Counted from the first letter of the stretch, positions 1 to 11,700 are shown. The stretch: DNA of 64,000 nucleotides from Fistulifera solaris (GCA_030295235.1 AP026162.1:496001-560000), one strand, 5' to 3'. The notes: generated from the letters alone by a model not told the origin. Numbers and translations are program-made.

Positions 1-322
1 CCAATTGGGGAAAGTGCGAGACACTTTCCCCCAATTGCGCAAGCCGTGCTTATCATCATTGAACCTGTTTTGCGTGAAGACTTTTCAAATCGCTGATAAG
101 GAGCGCGGTCGGCGTTTTATGATGACGAAATCAATGCCAAATTAAGCAAAACAGGACTGATTGAGTCACGATTCCGGATCTTCCAGTCACACCCGTTTAC
201 ACACAGAACGTCGCGCACGCACGTCGCACACCGCACATCGCTTGCACAATAAAACATGAGAATGCCAATTTTCTCCAAATCATTAGTCTAATATCTCACC
301 TTACGAATAGATTACTCGAACG

Positions 323-1289
323 ATGAAAACGCCTATTCTTTGGTTCACTCTTCTATTGACATGCCGACACACCGCTGCTGCTGTGCCTGTGGCGGGGCGA
401 CGTGCACAACAGCCGGCTTGGGTGGATGGCTTGAAAAACGGTTTAGCGAGTGCGCTGGCCGCCGGCTGCGTCAAAACGAGTTTGCAGCCCATTGACGCCA
501 TCAAAACCATTCAGCAATATCAACAAGCCAAAGGAACAGCCTCTCTGACAATATGGGAAGCTTGTCGGGAAATCATGAGTCGGCCGGGAGGATTTTGGAA
601 CTTTTACGCGGGGTTGGGCGTCACGGTCTTTGGGGCTATGCCGAGTGTGGCTCTTTATTTCGGGGTGTACAGCTATTGCAAGAAAACGTTACTGAATAGT
701 CGCTGGGGTAAGAAGCATCCTACTGCTAGTGTGGCTTTATCGGCGGCTATCGGCAACTCGGTGGCTAGTTTTTCACGAGTGCCGTATGAAGTATTGAAGC
801 AGCAACTGCAGACCGGAGTTTACACAAGTACATGGCAAGCCTTCAAAGAAATATCATCTTCAAAGGAATACATGTCGCTGCTGTTTCCGAAAGGTGGTAT
901 TGCTATCCAGATGCTGCGAGATGTCCCCTACGCTGTCATCACTTTGATGTTATATGAAACGCTACAGAATACATTTCATAAATCGCGGTCGAACAAGCTG
1001 ATTGATTTTTTGTGTCGGGGGAGCCGCCGGCGGCTTTGGAAGCTGGGCCACGAACCCCACGGATGTTATTAAGACTCGTCTTCAGACGAATTCGGAGCTT
1101 TATGGTGGATCCGTTCGAACATGTACGGCCGAAATATGGCGAGAAGGAGGAGCCATGGCATTTTTGAGAGGAAGTGTGCCACGACTTGTACACAAAGTGC
1201 CCGCAAACGCATTTTTCTTTGTGTTTTACGAGGGATTTCGGCAATTACTGGGAGTGCGAGATAACGAAATAGGGTCGAAAGATGACTAA
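323..1289 (+). CDS. Mitochondrial carrier family (SLC25) protein, SAM-carrier-like, with N-terminal signal-peptide-like extension
   Basis: Three carrier repeats with Px[DE]xx[KR] signatures (PIDAIK, PYEVLK, PTDVIK). ORFs 323-1072 and 1002-1289 join if one T is removed from the T6 run at 1006-1011. Confidence 0.85.
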
Positions 1290-1329
1290 GAATGCTAGAT
1301 AGGACGCTATAGCTTATCGTCTAACCTAT

Positions 1330-1674
1330 TTAATTATAAGCGTCGTTCGCACTATTTGTTGTTGCTTCGTTAACCTCGTTTGCTAAATAAGGAGGCAATG
1401 AAAGCTCGGCCGGTGTCCACCCGTCCAATGCAGATAAGTCAATTTCTTTCAAAGACGGAGGGCACCAGTCAATGGATATTTTTTCATCGTCGTGCGCCAT
1501 AATTGACTGATTAAAGCAAGTGCTGATTGCTGAATCGTCCCATTTAAAATCGGGCGACGGCTTCAAAGGTAAGTGCTGTTTTTGTGGAACAGATTGTTGG
1601 AAAATAATATTGTCATCGTCTGAGCCCGACGATGCCATTTCGTCGTCATCAACTTCCCTCGTTGACATCGTCAT
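1330..1674 (-). CDS. Small acidic protein with an SMN-like (Gemin2-binding) WDD motif
   Basis: 114-aa ATG-initiated ORF convergent with the carrier gene. FKWDDSAISTCF resembles the SMN N-terminal WDDTALIKAY motif. Confidence 0.45.
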   Translation of the reverse strand: MTMSTREVDDDEMASSGSDDDNIIFQQSVPQKQHLPLKPSPDFKWDDSAISTCFNQSIMAHDDEKISIDWCPPSLKEIDLSALDGWTPAELSLPPYLANEVNEATTNSANDAYN

Positions 1675-2038
1675 TACTTCTCGTTTTCTGTCTTAAAAAG
1701 CTTGGGCAATTAAAACGGCGCTTTGACTGCTATTCCAAATAATGGGCTTGTCTATCTATCAAAGATGAGATGAACAGTAATTATTGCCAATCATCGATTA
1801 GGCAAATATAATGAGGCACATGCCAGACTTTTCAGTTGCCGATAAGACACGGGTCTGTTGATTCATTGTTCATTGTTCATTGCTATAAGGCGAAAGGCAA
1901 TCCCAATAAGGTTAATGCTGAAGTGCTTAGTTGATTGTATTGCTGGTTTTCCAGCTCCAGTAGGGAGACGGGCCAAAATCATTGTAGCGAGAGTTGCTGC
2001 AATGTGCAATGTCGTACAGAGTAGTGCTTTTATTATAA

Positions 2039-2230
2039 CTAGCCGCCTTCGGCGTCTAGCCCCTGCAGGGCTTTATTCGTTCTCGCCCTTCCCGCAAGCG
2101 GGGGGCTCGATCCCCGGGGATAGCGTCAAACCCGTGATTCAGACACCCGGGAGCGCGTTACGTTACGTGACACACACACACACACACACACACGGACACA
2201 GCGCGCTATTATAAATAGATTATAAATAGA
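2039..2230 (-). mobile_element. Non-autonomous Helitron-like element (192 bp)
   Basis: On the minus strand it starts with TC and ends with the hairpin CGCC-GAA-GGCG followed by CTAG. It sits between host A and T with no TSD, carries a (TG)n microsatellite and has a duplicated 5' 11-mer TCTATTTATAA. Confidence 0.75.
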
Positions 2231-2330
2231 TCTAACTGGTTACTTTTTTACATTGCCCTTTTTGTATCGGCGCTCAAGGTTTTCACCTTAAACAGCCCAT
2301 TCGAAGACGTTGCTTCGTTCTAGTATATAT

Positions 2331-4322
2331 CTAGTAGAATACAGTGGATCCATTCGCTTCATCGAGGGCGTCAAGAGCTTCACTTACACAAAAATCGGCC
2401 CCGATGTTTCGAGGAATACCGGATCTGCTCCCGCAATAAATGTCTGGTCGAATACCTCCGCTCACAAACTCGCCGCTGCTTCTATCGTAACGTGCCCCGC
2501 CCACAAATGTTACATGCTTCAAGGCCGGAGTCAAATATTCTGCCACGGTCAACCGCAAACCTCCGCCATCGGGCATCGGAAATGTGTGCTGGATTAATCC
2601 TTTTCCGAACGTCCGCGTTCCAATCGTAGCAACAGTTCTGCCATTGTCACGTAGTGCCGAAGCGAAAACTTCGGCAGAACTGGCGGTTCCTTCGTTGATC
2701 AGCAAAACGATAGGCTTGGATTTCTTCGTGAATGACGCTGTCCGAGAAGCCGGCAGGATACCACGCTTGAGTCGTTGCTCTCGTAATGAAGCATATGCAC
2801 TAGGAGGTGACCAATTGATCCCATTTTCGTCAAACATCTCAGGACTCTCTCGCCGAACTTGATCCAGTGTTGTCGACTTAGGTTCACTGCTGAGTAGATA
2901 GCCCGGGTATCTTTTGTCAACAACGTATTCTTCTACATCATGCGGGGTAAAGCCACCTCGCGAGTTGAGGGTGAAACACAGTACAGCGTGTGGATCTTTG
3001 AGTAAACTAGAGGCGGTCAGCATAGCTTCTTGGATGACACCTCCGTAGTTGTTACGTAAATCAATGATGTAGCTCGAAGCTCCCTCCTTTTCCAAGCTTT
3101 CCACAGCCTCAACGAATCCAGCCGTTGCCGCTTTCGAGAAGCGCGTCAATCGAATGTACCCAACCGCATTGTCTGGCTCGGTGATGGAAAAAGGATCGAA
3201 TATCGTTCGATGCAACAACTCATAATGCACGATGGCATTTCCGCCAATCAGTCGCTCCTCTGTCGGGCTAAAAATGGTGTCGGCCGTCAACAACGTGGGA
3301 ATTTGCAAGCGAATGGGCCGATAGGCCACCACAACTTCACGGCCATCTTCAATCCCTGCGTAGACGGGCTTCGCGACTGTCAAGTCGGGGTAGCCGAAAT
3401 AGTTTTCGGCGGATGAAAACTTGTCGAGGGATTGCAGATTCCTGTCCTCACCAACCGCTATAATTCGATCACCTACTACCAAACCAGCTCGTTCTGCCGG
3501 CGAGTCTGGAATCACTGCTGTGACAACGGGTAGCTTTGCCACTTTGGCAGCGTCGAGCAGTTTCTGGTGACTGTGTTTCGCCAATTCGGGGGGTAAACTT
3601 GCCATAACCGGGGCTCTATTAGCCCCAAAGAAAAACGAATCTTGACTGTCGTTCGGCGACTTCACAACAACACCTAGCCCGAGGAATCCGTTATTAGAGG
3701 GCTTGAGTTCAGCTCGTAGTTGTTCTCGTGTCAGATAAGAACTGAAAGGATCATTCAGCTGCTTTACTAACCACTGCAATCCCTCCACGGCGCCATCGCG
3801 TGTTTCTAACATTTGTCTATCGCGACTGAGCCAATCTTTCCACACAATATAGAAATCTAGTGGCTGAAAGTATGCACCGCCGGACAAGTCGTAATACATG
3901 TTGTTGATGGTCCCTACCGCGTAATCCATAAGTGCTTTGTTTGCGGCAATCCTTTCTTCCGGAAGCCCATCCTGAATAATGGACCAATACTGCTTTCCGG
4001 CTGGTAAACGGCTTTGCGGCTGATCTTCTGCTGAAGCGAAGCCGGGAGAAAACGACAGTGCGGCCACAAGCCCGATTGTTAACAGACAATCACGAAGTGT
4101 CGTTTGCAATAGAGTGCCCAGTTTCGAACATTTTGAATTGTTATATGCATCCGACTCATCCGCTTTCATGCAGAGAGGTGACTTATTCCCAAAGATCTTT
4201 GATTGTGGCTGTATCGTAGAGAATAAGTTGGAAGGAGCATGTCCGAAAAGAGAAAATAGCTGAAAAGATGTCACCGAGAAGTGCCCCGACAGAAAAAGAA
4301 TGACTACCATCAACCGTTTCAT
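2331..4322 (-). CDS. C-terminal processing peptidase (S41A, CtpA-like), probably plastid-targeted
   Basis: PDZ-like segment (SPAERAGLVVGDRI), IDLRNNYGG, TASSAE (catalytic Ser) and TFGKG (catalytic Lys). Signal peptide ends VTS-F. First ATG is at 4322. Confidence 0.88.
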   Translation of the reverse strand: MKRLMVVILFLSGHFSVTSFQLFSLFGHAPSNLFSTIQPQSKIFGNKSPLCMKADESDAYNNSKCSKLGTLLQTTLRDCLLTIGLVAALSFSPGFASAEDQPQSRLPAGKQYWSIIQDGLPEERIAANKALMDYAVGTINNMYYDLSGGAYFQPLDFYIVWKDWLSRDRQMLETRDGAVEGLQWLVKQLNDPFSSYLTREQLRAELKPSNNGFLGLGVVVKSPNDSQDSFFFGANRAPVMASLPPELAKHSHQKLLDAAKVAKLPVVTAVIPDSPAERAGLVVGDRIIAVGEDRNLQSLDKFSSAENYFGYPDLTVAKPVYAGIEDGREVVVAYRPIRLQIPTLLTADTIFSPTEERLIGGNAIVHYELLHRTIFDPFSITEPDNAVGYIRLTRFSKAATAGFVEAVESLEKEGASSYIIDLRNNYGGVIQEAMLTASSLLKDPHAVLCFTLNSRGGFTPHDVEEYVVDKRYPGYLLSSEPKSTTLDQVRRESPEMFDENGINWSPPSAYASLREQRLKRGILPASRTASFTKKSKPIVLLINEGTASSAEVFASALRDNGRTVATIGTRTFGKGLIQHTFPMPDGGGLRLTVAEYLTPALKHVTFVGGARYDRSSGEFVSGGIRPDIYCGSRSGIPRNIGADFCVSEALDALDEANGSTVFY

Positions 4323-4650
4323 GTTGTCCTTCTTCCTCAATTATATGTGCTCCGCCGAATGCCAAAACTGTGTCAAGCAGTTAAGACGTGCATTGCTGCT
4401 CTTCTATAGTTCACTTTTCAAAGGAGTTCGTAATAAGCGAATTAACAACGGAACAAACCGAAATTCGAATGAAGTCTTGTTGTTGTTCTGCTTCTGCTTC
4501 TGCGAGGTGTTTTTGAGAAAATGCCGCTTCTGCGTGCAGCACGCGCGCGTGACGTGGCGTATTCACAACGTGTTACTATAAACACAATGTGTAGGCGACA
4601 TATCACACGACAGGATTTCAGTCACGACCCGCGATGAAGCGTATCGATTT

Positions 4651-4946
4651 TAGTGCTCGGAAACAGCGGAAAAATTTGAATCGAATATTTTCGAACCGGT
4701 TTTTGGTCGAATCGGTTTTGAAACCGTTTCATCGAATGTCCTCCAATCACCGTAGAACTAGCTAAAAATCGTCATCTTCGCCCGTTCAGTGACGCCGAAT
4801 CAGACGAAAGGTACTGTTTGGGTACCGCTAAGATCGCTCCGGTACTAAATAAAATGAAACGGTTTCAAGAAATTTGAACCAATTTCATAATTTTATGGTG
4901 AATATTCGGTTTGAAACGGTTTCGCCCCAAACCGTTCCGAGCACTA
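4651..4946. mobile_element. hAT-type MITE (296 bp)
   Basis: Perfect 12-bp TIRs TAGTGCTCGGAA / TTCCGAGCACTA. Identical 8-bp flanks ATCGATTT at 4643-4650 and 4947-4954. Multiple AAACCG/CGGTTT and AAACGG subterminal motifs. Confidence 0.9.
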
Positions 4947-5104
4947 ATCGATTTATTCTTTCATACGGTAAGCAAAATGGGCTCTCTATTTAGTCTACAA
5001 AAATAATACTCCGTATTCACAACATTTTGCAATGCAAGAATCGAATATTTGCGTTGATTAATCCTGCAAATTAATCCAGTGTATGTCATTATACAGAAAA
5101 TCTT

Positions 5105-5592
5105 TGCACGTTCCACTTCCACTGTGTACGTTCCAGAAATTCTGGATTCAATGTATTTCATCATACAGAGATGTGTGTGCTTGTCAACTAGGCTCCAAAT
5201 GCGATGCCAGACCCTCCGAAAAGAATCTGACACCATAAACCCATTTAGCCCAAGGAAATCTAGCCACTTCTCTATTAACCAACATTATCTACTTCATTAA
5301 TGTGATCGCCGCCGTCCACTTCCTCGATTTCTCCGTTGCTTCCTCTACGTGAGGTTGATCTTGAATCATCATCACTATCAGACCCTTCCTTTTTTTCTTG
5401 TTCACTTGCACTAATATCTTTGTCGCCATCCAAACGTCTGAAAAATCTATCCACCTTCTTCTGCTGATTTTGTGTATGTTTCAGAAAATCAGGTACTTAG
5501 TGTATTTCAACATACAGATATTCTGTTTAATTTCCAGAACAATTTTTTTCCAGAAATTCTGGAGACGATGTTGCAGAAATTCTGGAGACCGT
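5105..5592. repeat. Degenerate copies of the TTCCAGAA-N-TTCTGGA palindromic repeat family
   Basis: Motif at 5131-5146, 5548-5563 and a partial copy at 5574-5586. Same core as at 22.3, 24.7 and 63.1-64 kb. Confidence 0.55.
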
Positions 5593-5695
5593 GAGGAGTG
5601 TCGTGATTAATAATTGTTGAACAACAAAATGCGATATCGCGTTGCGTTTCTTTTACTTTCAAGACAATAATATCATATCACCTACCTATCGGATA

Positions 5696-6949
5696 ATGAT
5701 GGCCGCATTGTCTGCCATGAGCTTTTTCTTAATCATGAGAGTGCTCGCATTGACATCAGCGTACTACTCGACAACGTTCTTCCGCAGACATGTCGGCGTA
5801 TCAACTTTCCTACGATCTTCCGTGCAAGAAAATTCTAGCATCGAAAAGAAATGTTTGACAGAAGCTCGTGTGTTCGAACAATTATGTCACGAAGTTGGCG
5901 TTCAACCAGCCGGACTGCTGCGACTCGGTGAGTCCGCAGACGGTATCCGGGGTTTGTATCTTAATCGTGCTGTAAAAACGGGTGACCTTGTTCTTTCCAT
6001 CCCTTTAAACAAATGCCTTAGAGATGACCAACAATTGCCCGACTGGATGCCGCGAACAGAGGATGAGTCAGTGGAGGAGTGTGGAGCTTGGGCTTTGCGA
6101 TTGGCGGCGTGTCTGATGGAAGCCCAAAAATCACCGTATCAATCGCACCACTCTTTGTGGTTCTCTTTACTCCCCAACCCCTCTGATCTCAGGTCGTCAT
6201 TACCAATTCACTGGGATGATGAAATTGTTCAATCTACAAGTCACACCGCCTTCACCATGGCGGTGGATTCTGCATATTTTGCGCGAGCCGGAGCAATTCA
6301 ATCGATTGACGTTGATGTGGATTTCAGCGGTGCTCTTGATGTGATACAGACAAGGACTTGTCGAGTACAGACATCCAAAGGTTATCCCCTCCGACTACTG
6401 GCTCCAGTCTTTGATCTTTTCAACCACGCGAGTCCTGCTACTGCCGAATTTTCGCTAGAGAATGACAACATGTTGGTGGTTCGAGCGATGGCTGATTTGG
6501 AAGAAGATCAACACGTGTGTATTGATTATGGGCCTTCGACCAAGCCGGCATGGAACTCTCTAGTCTCGTACGGATTTATTACTGCTGAAGATGAAGAACT
6601 TGCGGAAGTATATCTCGATGGTGTGCGCTATGAAGTGGGCCCTGATTTTATTCCGGAAGACATGGTTGTTGCAGCCTCGTCTGTGTATCTCGCACAAACA
6701 CACGCTCTGGATGAAAATGTTGTTTTGACACCTGAAATTGCCATGCTTCTCGCTCGACGTATATCAGATGTCGCACACAGCTACTCGCTTCCACCAGGAA
6801 CAAACGAAGGTACAGCTATTGAGAGTACACCGGTGAGCACTATTTCCATGCGATGGGCTTCTGCTCTCCGATGGAACCAGCATCGTATTCTGCTCAAATG
6901 CTCTTCCAACCTTCAAGACTGGGCGGAACAGCAATCATCTATAGATTAA
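5696..6949 (+). CDS. SET-domain protein lysine methyltransferase (Rubisco LSMT-like)
   Basis: GIRGLY, LAPVFDLFNH, CIDYG and SYGF motifs. Hydrophobic N-terminal leader. Confidence 0.8.
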   Translation: MMAALSAMSFFLIMRVLALTSAYYSTTFFRRHVGVSTFLRSSVQENSSIEKKCLTEARVFEQLCHEVGVQPAGLLRLGESADGIRGLYLNRAVKTGDLVLSIPLNKCLRDDQQLPDWMPRTEDESVEECGAWALRLAACLMEAQKSPYQSHHSLWFSLLPNPSDLRSSLPIHWDDEIVQSTSHTAFTMAVDSAYFARAGAIQSIDVDVDFSGALDVIQTRTCRVQTSKGYPLRLLAPVFDLFNHASPATAEFSLENDNMLVVRAMADLEEDQHVCIDYGPSTKPAWNSLVSYGFITAEDEELAEVYLDGVRYEVGPDFIPEDMVVAASSVYLAQTHALDENVVLTPEIAMLLARRISDVAHSYSLPPGTNEGTAIESTPVSTISMRWASALRWNQHRILLKCSSNLQDWAEQQSSID

Positions 6950-7023
6950 ACTATTTTGTTATATTCATATTAAGCGCAATTTCGGGGTTTGTGACAATTA
7001 CCTTTGCATTCTAAAAACGATTC

Positions 7024-8121
7024 TTAAAAGTACTTGGTACCAAATACGTCTCTGTCGTGTTGTCGTTTACGTTCCGATCGTGTCGTTAATTTCACCGACC
7101 CATCGGATTCAATGTTGGGACGATCTAAGCGGTTCGCGTAGGGAGGCTCTAGTACAGCTCGTTGAGCATCGGTCAAATCTTCGTAGATTCCTTTGGGCCA
7201 TTTTGACTGTCCTTCTGCCATGTAAGATCTTCCGTAGCTGCAGGTGGCGGGTGCAAAGCGATACAAGCAGGCCCGTCGTTGTCGATTCTCCGGTGTCCAC
7301 GCCAAAGCTCCGTGGACCGTACCTTCCGAGAACAAAACGACATCACCTGCTTTTGTGGCAGGCTGAATGATATATTCGCTGTACATTTCTCCGTCACGCA
7401 TACCATCGGGCATTTTGAAATTCGATTTATGACTACCGGGGACTACACAAAACCCACCGTCACCTGGATTGTGATCAGTGAGCATGACATTGCATCCTAA
7501 CAAGACCGAGCGAATAGTTCCTTGGAAGCAACTGTAGGCAAGGTTCGGGTTGTATTCCCCCGTCTCGCAGTCAATGGTCCCTCCGTGTAATTGAAAGCCT
7601 TCTGCACCGTGGTCTTGACAAAGAACGAAGGGTAAATGATCCATGCGATACCCTTTACCGAGAATTCCATGAAAGAGGGGAACAAGACGTGGATGCGCCA
7701 AGATGGATTTGAATACTTTAGATTCGGCTCCCCATTCTAAAACTCGTCCCAAATCTTTACGTCCCGGTCCGGATCCGTACAGCTTTGTTCCTTGAACAGC
7801 ATTCCGTAACGCCGCATCCGATCGTTCTACCATCTCATGTTCGTGTCGATCGATGACCTCATTGGCTTGTCGAACTTCTTCGGGTGTCAGCACACCACGA
7901 ATTACTATGAAACCGTTCAAATCAAACAAATATCGTTCTGCCTCCGTCATTTCAGTAGGAAATGACTGTGTAGATAACGGGGCAGCCGACATGATACGGT
8001 TGTTGGCAGCAACGGACAGAACTGTTTTCTTGACACGAGACGGCTTGGCGATGACAGTCAACGATCTCACTGCGCTAGTTGTCAATAGTAACGATTTTGC
8101 CAGCGTGCTCATGAAGCGCAT
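7024..8121 (-). CDS. Phytanoyl-CoA dioxygenase (PhyH) family 2OG/Fe(II) dioxygenase
   Basis: YLFDLNGFIVIRGVL, GDGGFCVVPGSHKS and AGDVVLFSEGTVHG motifs. Intronless 365-aa ORF. Confidence 0.85.
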   Translation of the reverse strand: MRFMSTLAKSLLLTTSAVRSLTVIAKPSRVKKTVLSVAANNRIMSAAPLSTQSFPTEMTEAERYLFDLNGFIVIRGVLTPEEVRQANEVIDRHEHEMVERSDAALRNAVQGTKLYGSGPGRKDLGRVLEWGAESKVFKSILAHPRLVPLFHGILGKGYRMDHLPFVLCQDHGAEGFQLHGGTIDCETGEYNPNLAYSCFQGTIRSVLLGCNVMLTDHNPGDGGFCVVPGSHKSNFKMPDGMRDGEMYSEYIIQPATKAGDVVLFSEGTVHGALAWTPENRQRRACLYRFAPATCSYGRSYMAEGQSKWPKGIYEDLTDAQRAVLEPPYANRLDRPNIESDGSVKLTTRSERKRQHDRDVFGTKYF

Positions 8122-8728
8122 TGCTTGTTGCTGCTGAGGCTTTAAGCGGCGAGGGATTTGATGAACACGACGAGATGAACTGGGGTCAATAAACCCATTG
8201 CCATTACCATCACTTCTTTTCTTTCGTCTCGTTCTTCATTTTGCAGAAAATCGCGAAATGGGGGCTGAGTCACTTTTGAGAGATGACGTCATGCACACGC
8301 CTTGTGCGCGCGCCAAATAATCTTCGCGCGGCGGAGAAGAGATCGCGAGGAACTCAAAACCTCTGTGACAGATCTGGTTTTCCAACCATCTGTCAAAGAG
8401 GTATGCGATCCGATGTTTTTGACTATGGCATAAAAAGTAAAAGATCCACAAGATCTTTGCACCTCGTTTCGTTTTGTTCGCCATGCATTTTTTCCTTTCG
8501 CTTCCACTTTTATTCTCTTTCTGCTTCGATCCATCGGATGGTCATTGTTGCAGAGACTATAGCAGCATAAACAACTAATTTCAATTGAGAAGCCCAAAAT
8601 TGATTGCGTTCTCTCTAGAAGCATCTATTTTCCGGAAGAACGGCGCATAAGTTGAAACAAGCGACTTGCATCAACTGTAAGCTCGAGATTCGAGACGCGA
8701 ACCCTCTTTGACCGTATTGCGCGTTAGC

Positions 8729-11700
8729 ATGTCGAACAACAATTCCTCCTACCAAAAGTACGACGGAAACACCGGTACATACACCCCGGCGGATTCGAGC
8801 TTCAACGAAGCTCCACGAGGAAAACAGAAATGGCTCATCGGAGCTGTGATTGTTGCCGCTGTGGGCATAGTCTACGGATTGACATTCCCCAAGCAGAATT
8901 ATCAACAAAACATTGATAAAGTCATGAAGGCAGATACCAGTGTTGACATTGGATCGAACGGAAAGCTCAAGCTTTTGATGATCTAAGTAAGTTGTTATTG
9001 CGGCTCGGAGAGTTCTGAAAAAATACTGTGCCCATTCTTTGACGTGTTTGACCGTCGCCTGCTTTTGTATCCATTGTTTTAAATCTCACATCAACTACTA
9101 TTAATCTCTCGCTCGCAGATCGCTACGTCCTCGAGGATTACGATGCCAAGTCAACCTTCTCTTCTTTTTTTACCGGGTGTGGCGGGCTATTTCGGTAAGC
9201 CGGTCTGGGCGTTTTATGTCAACCGCGGGCAAGTGATGAGTACCTTTGGTACCGAATCGAAGGATTACCCAATGTTAGAGTTTAATCCGGCCAATAAAGC
9301 GTATCAGAATACGCCCTATTTGGGTTTCCGCACCTTTGTGCATGGAACGCGGGGTGGTTCTTCTTTCTTGGTCGAGCCATTCTCTCCGGAAGGGACGCGC
9401 AATCTAGAGGATAGTAACGACGACGCCACGAAACCCAAGCGTGTCCTTTATGTGGGGACGAACGAAGTGGAGATTCAAGAGGTCGATGGCGTGAACGAAA
9501 TGAGTACCAAGGTCCAGTACTTTGTCATGCCCGAGGAGAACTTTGCATCGCTGGTGCGTCGAACTACATTTACGAACAATGGAAATACGGACTTGACCAT
9601 TTCAGTATTGGACGGAAATGCCCGGATGGAGCCATATGGGGGTCAGTTGGATTGGGGATTGAAACAAATGGGACGTACACTCGAAGGTTGGATGGGAGTG
9701 TACCATGCCGATGACACGTTGACAATGCCTTTCTACAAATTGTCGACGGAACCCACCGACACTGCTGATGTCAAAATTGAAGTCTCTGGTCATTATTGTC
9801 TCTCCTTTATCGAGACAGCCGACAAGACCGCTGAGCTTTTGCCCATCGTCTTTGACACGCAAAAGGTTTTCGGAATGGACACGGCTCTCTTTACGCCGGC
9901 TGGTTTGAGATCCAGTAGTATCGAAAAGATTCTGGAAAATCCGCAGTACGGATGGGCAAAGACTTCGTCAGCCTTTGCTGCAGTTTCTCAAGTGACATTG
10001 AAACCCGGCGAGAATATCACAGTGGCTTCTGTGTACGGCAAAGCTGACACCATTGAACAATTGCCAACGATTAGCAGCCGCATCACCTCTCCCAATTTCA
10101 TAAAGACGAAACTGGATCGAGCTCGTTCGCTAATCGATGCTTTGACGGCTGGTGTAGAAACCAAGACGGCCAATCATCTCTTTGACGGTACAGTGAAGCA
10201 GATGTTTCTGGACAATAGTCTTCGTGGAGGTGTTCCGACTATTTTGGGTAATGTCGATAGTGATGCCACCTATGACGAAGATCCAGCTGTCAAAGTATTT
10301 CACGCATTTTCGCGTATCCACGGTGATCTGGAACGCGACTACAATGCATTTAAAATTGAACCGACGTTTTTCTCGCAGGGACCCGGTAACTACCGCGATG
10401 TTGCCCAGAATCGTCGAAACGATGTGACTTTCTTCCCTCGCATGGGGTCGTTTAACATCCAGATGTTCTTATCATTTATCCAAGCTGATGGATACGAACC
10501 GCTAACAGTTGAAGCCGTTGCCTACCGCTTTGAAGATCCTCAAGTTGCCATTGATGTAGCGAAAAGGTAACTGCCGATGCGCAAAGCGCGGATGTACTGG
10601 CCAAAGTTTTAAATGGAGGTCCGTTCCGTCCCGGCCAGATTTTTAGCCTTTGCGATCAGCTGAATATTAAGCGTGACACGAGCTTGACTGATTTCGAGTT
10701 CATCAACACAATCGTTAAGCAGACTGAGGACCATGCGATGGCCGTGTATGGGCAAGGCTATTGGTTAGTAAAGTGTGCAGCACATCTTCTCGTTGATTTG
10801 GACCATATGTCTCACTTTGACATGCATTCTTCTCCTTTAGGGGCGATCATTGGGACTACTACATCGATTTGATCGAGGCTTACCTGGCGATTTACCCTGA
10901 TGGCGAGGGAGGAGCTCATGTATGATAGACCTCTCAAGTACTTCTTCTCTACTGCTACTGTGAAGCCGCGCAGCGAGAAGTATGTGTTAACTTTGACGTA
11001 CGATGGAACTTCCCATCATGTGCAACAGTTGGATGCTACGTTTTTGACGAGCACAAGGTGAACGAACAGGAAGCATTCCGTAATCAGAACACAGGACTTA
11101 TCAGCATAGAGGCGAATTGGCAGCGTACGAACGAAGGTGAAGCTTTCCGAAGTAACGCCATTTCTAAACTGTTTCTGCTGGGTGCTCAGAAATTTGCGAT
11201 GCGTGATGCTTATGGTATGGGAGTCGAATACGAAGGAGGACGTCCTGGATGGCTGGACAGCATGAACGGTCTTCCCGGAATGATCGGATCTGGTATGCCT
11301 GAGTAAGTAACTTGGTTCTTTGTCGTGCTTGCCTTCCATCGCAACAGCATCGTCTCACAAGCTAATGATGTTTATATTAGGACCTACGAACTTCTTTTGT
11401 TGCTGCAATACGTGAAGAAGGTTGTTGATAAGTACGATCGTGCTCTGGAGATTCCACAAGAGCTACATAGAATGCTACGTACCGTCAACAAGGCTTTGGA
11501 TACTCTAGAGGAATCAGGATATTTGGACGCTGAAGATTTATCCGGAGATGTTCCTAAGCCCCTTTTTGAGTATTGGGATATTGTTGCCGCTGCCCGTGAA
11601 AGCTACAGAAACGATGTTCAATATTACTTTTCTGGAAATACTACAGTCCTTTCGGCTCATCAGGTTTCGAAGATGGTGGGGCGATGGATCGAACAGGTAG

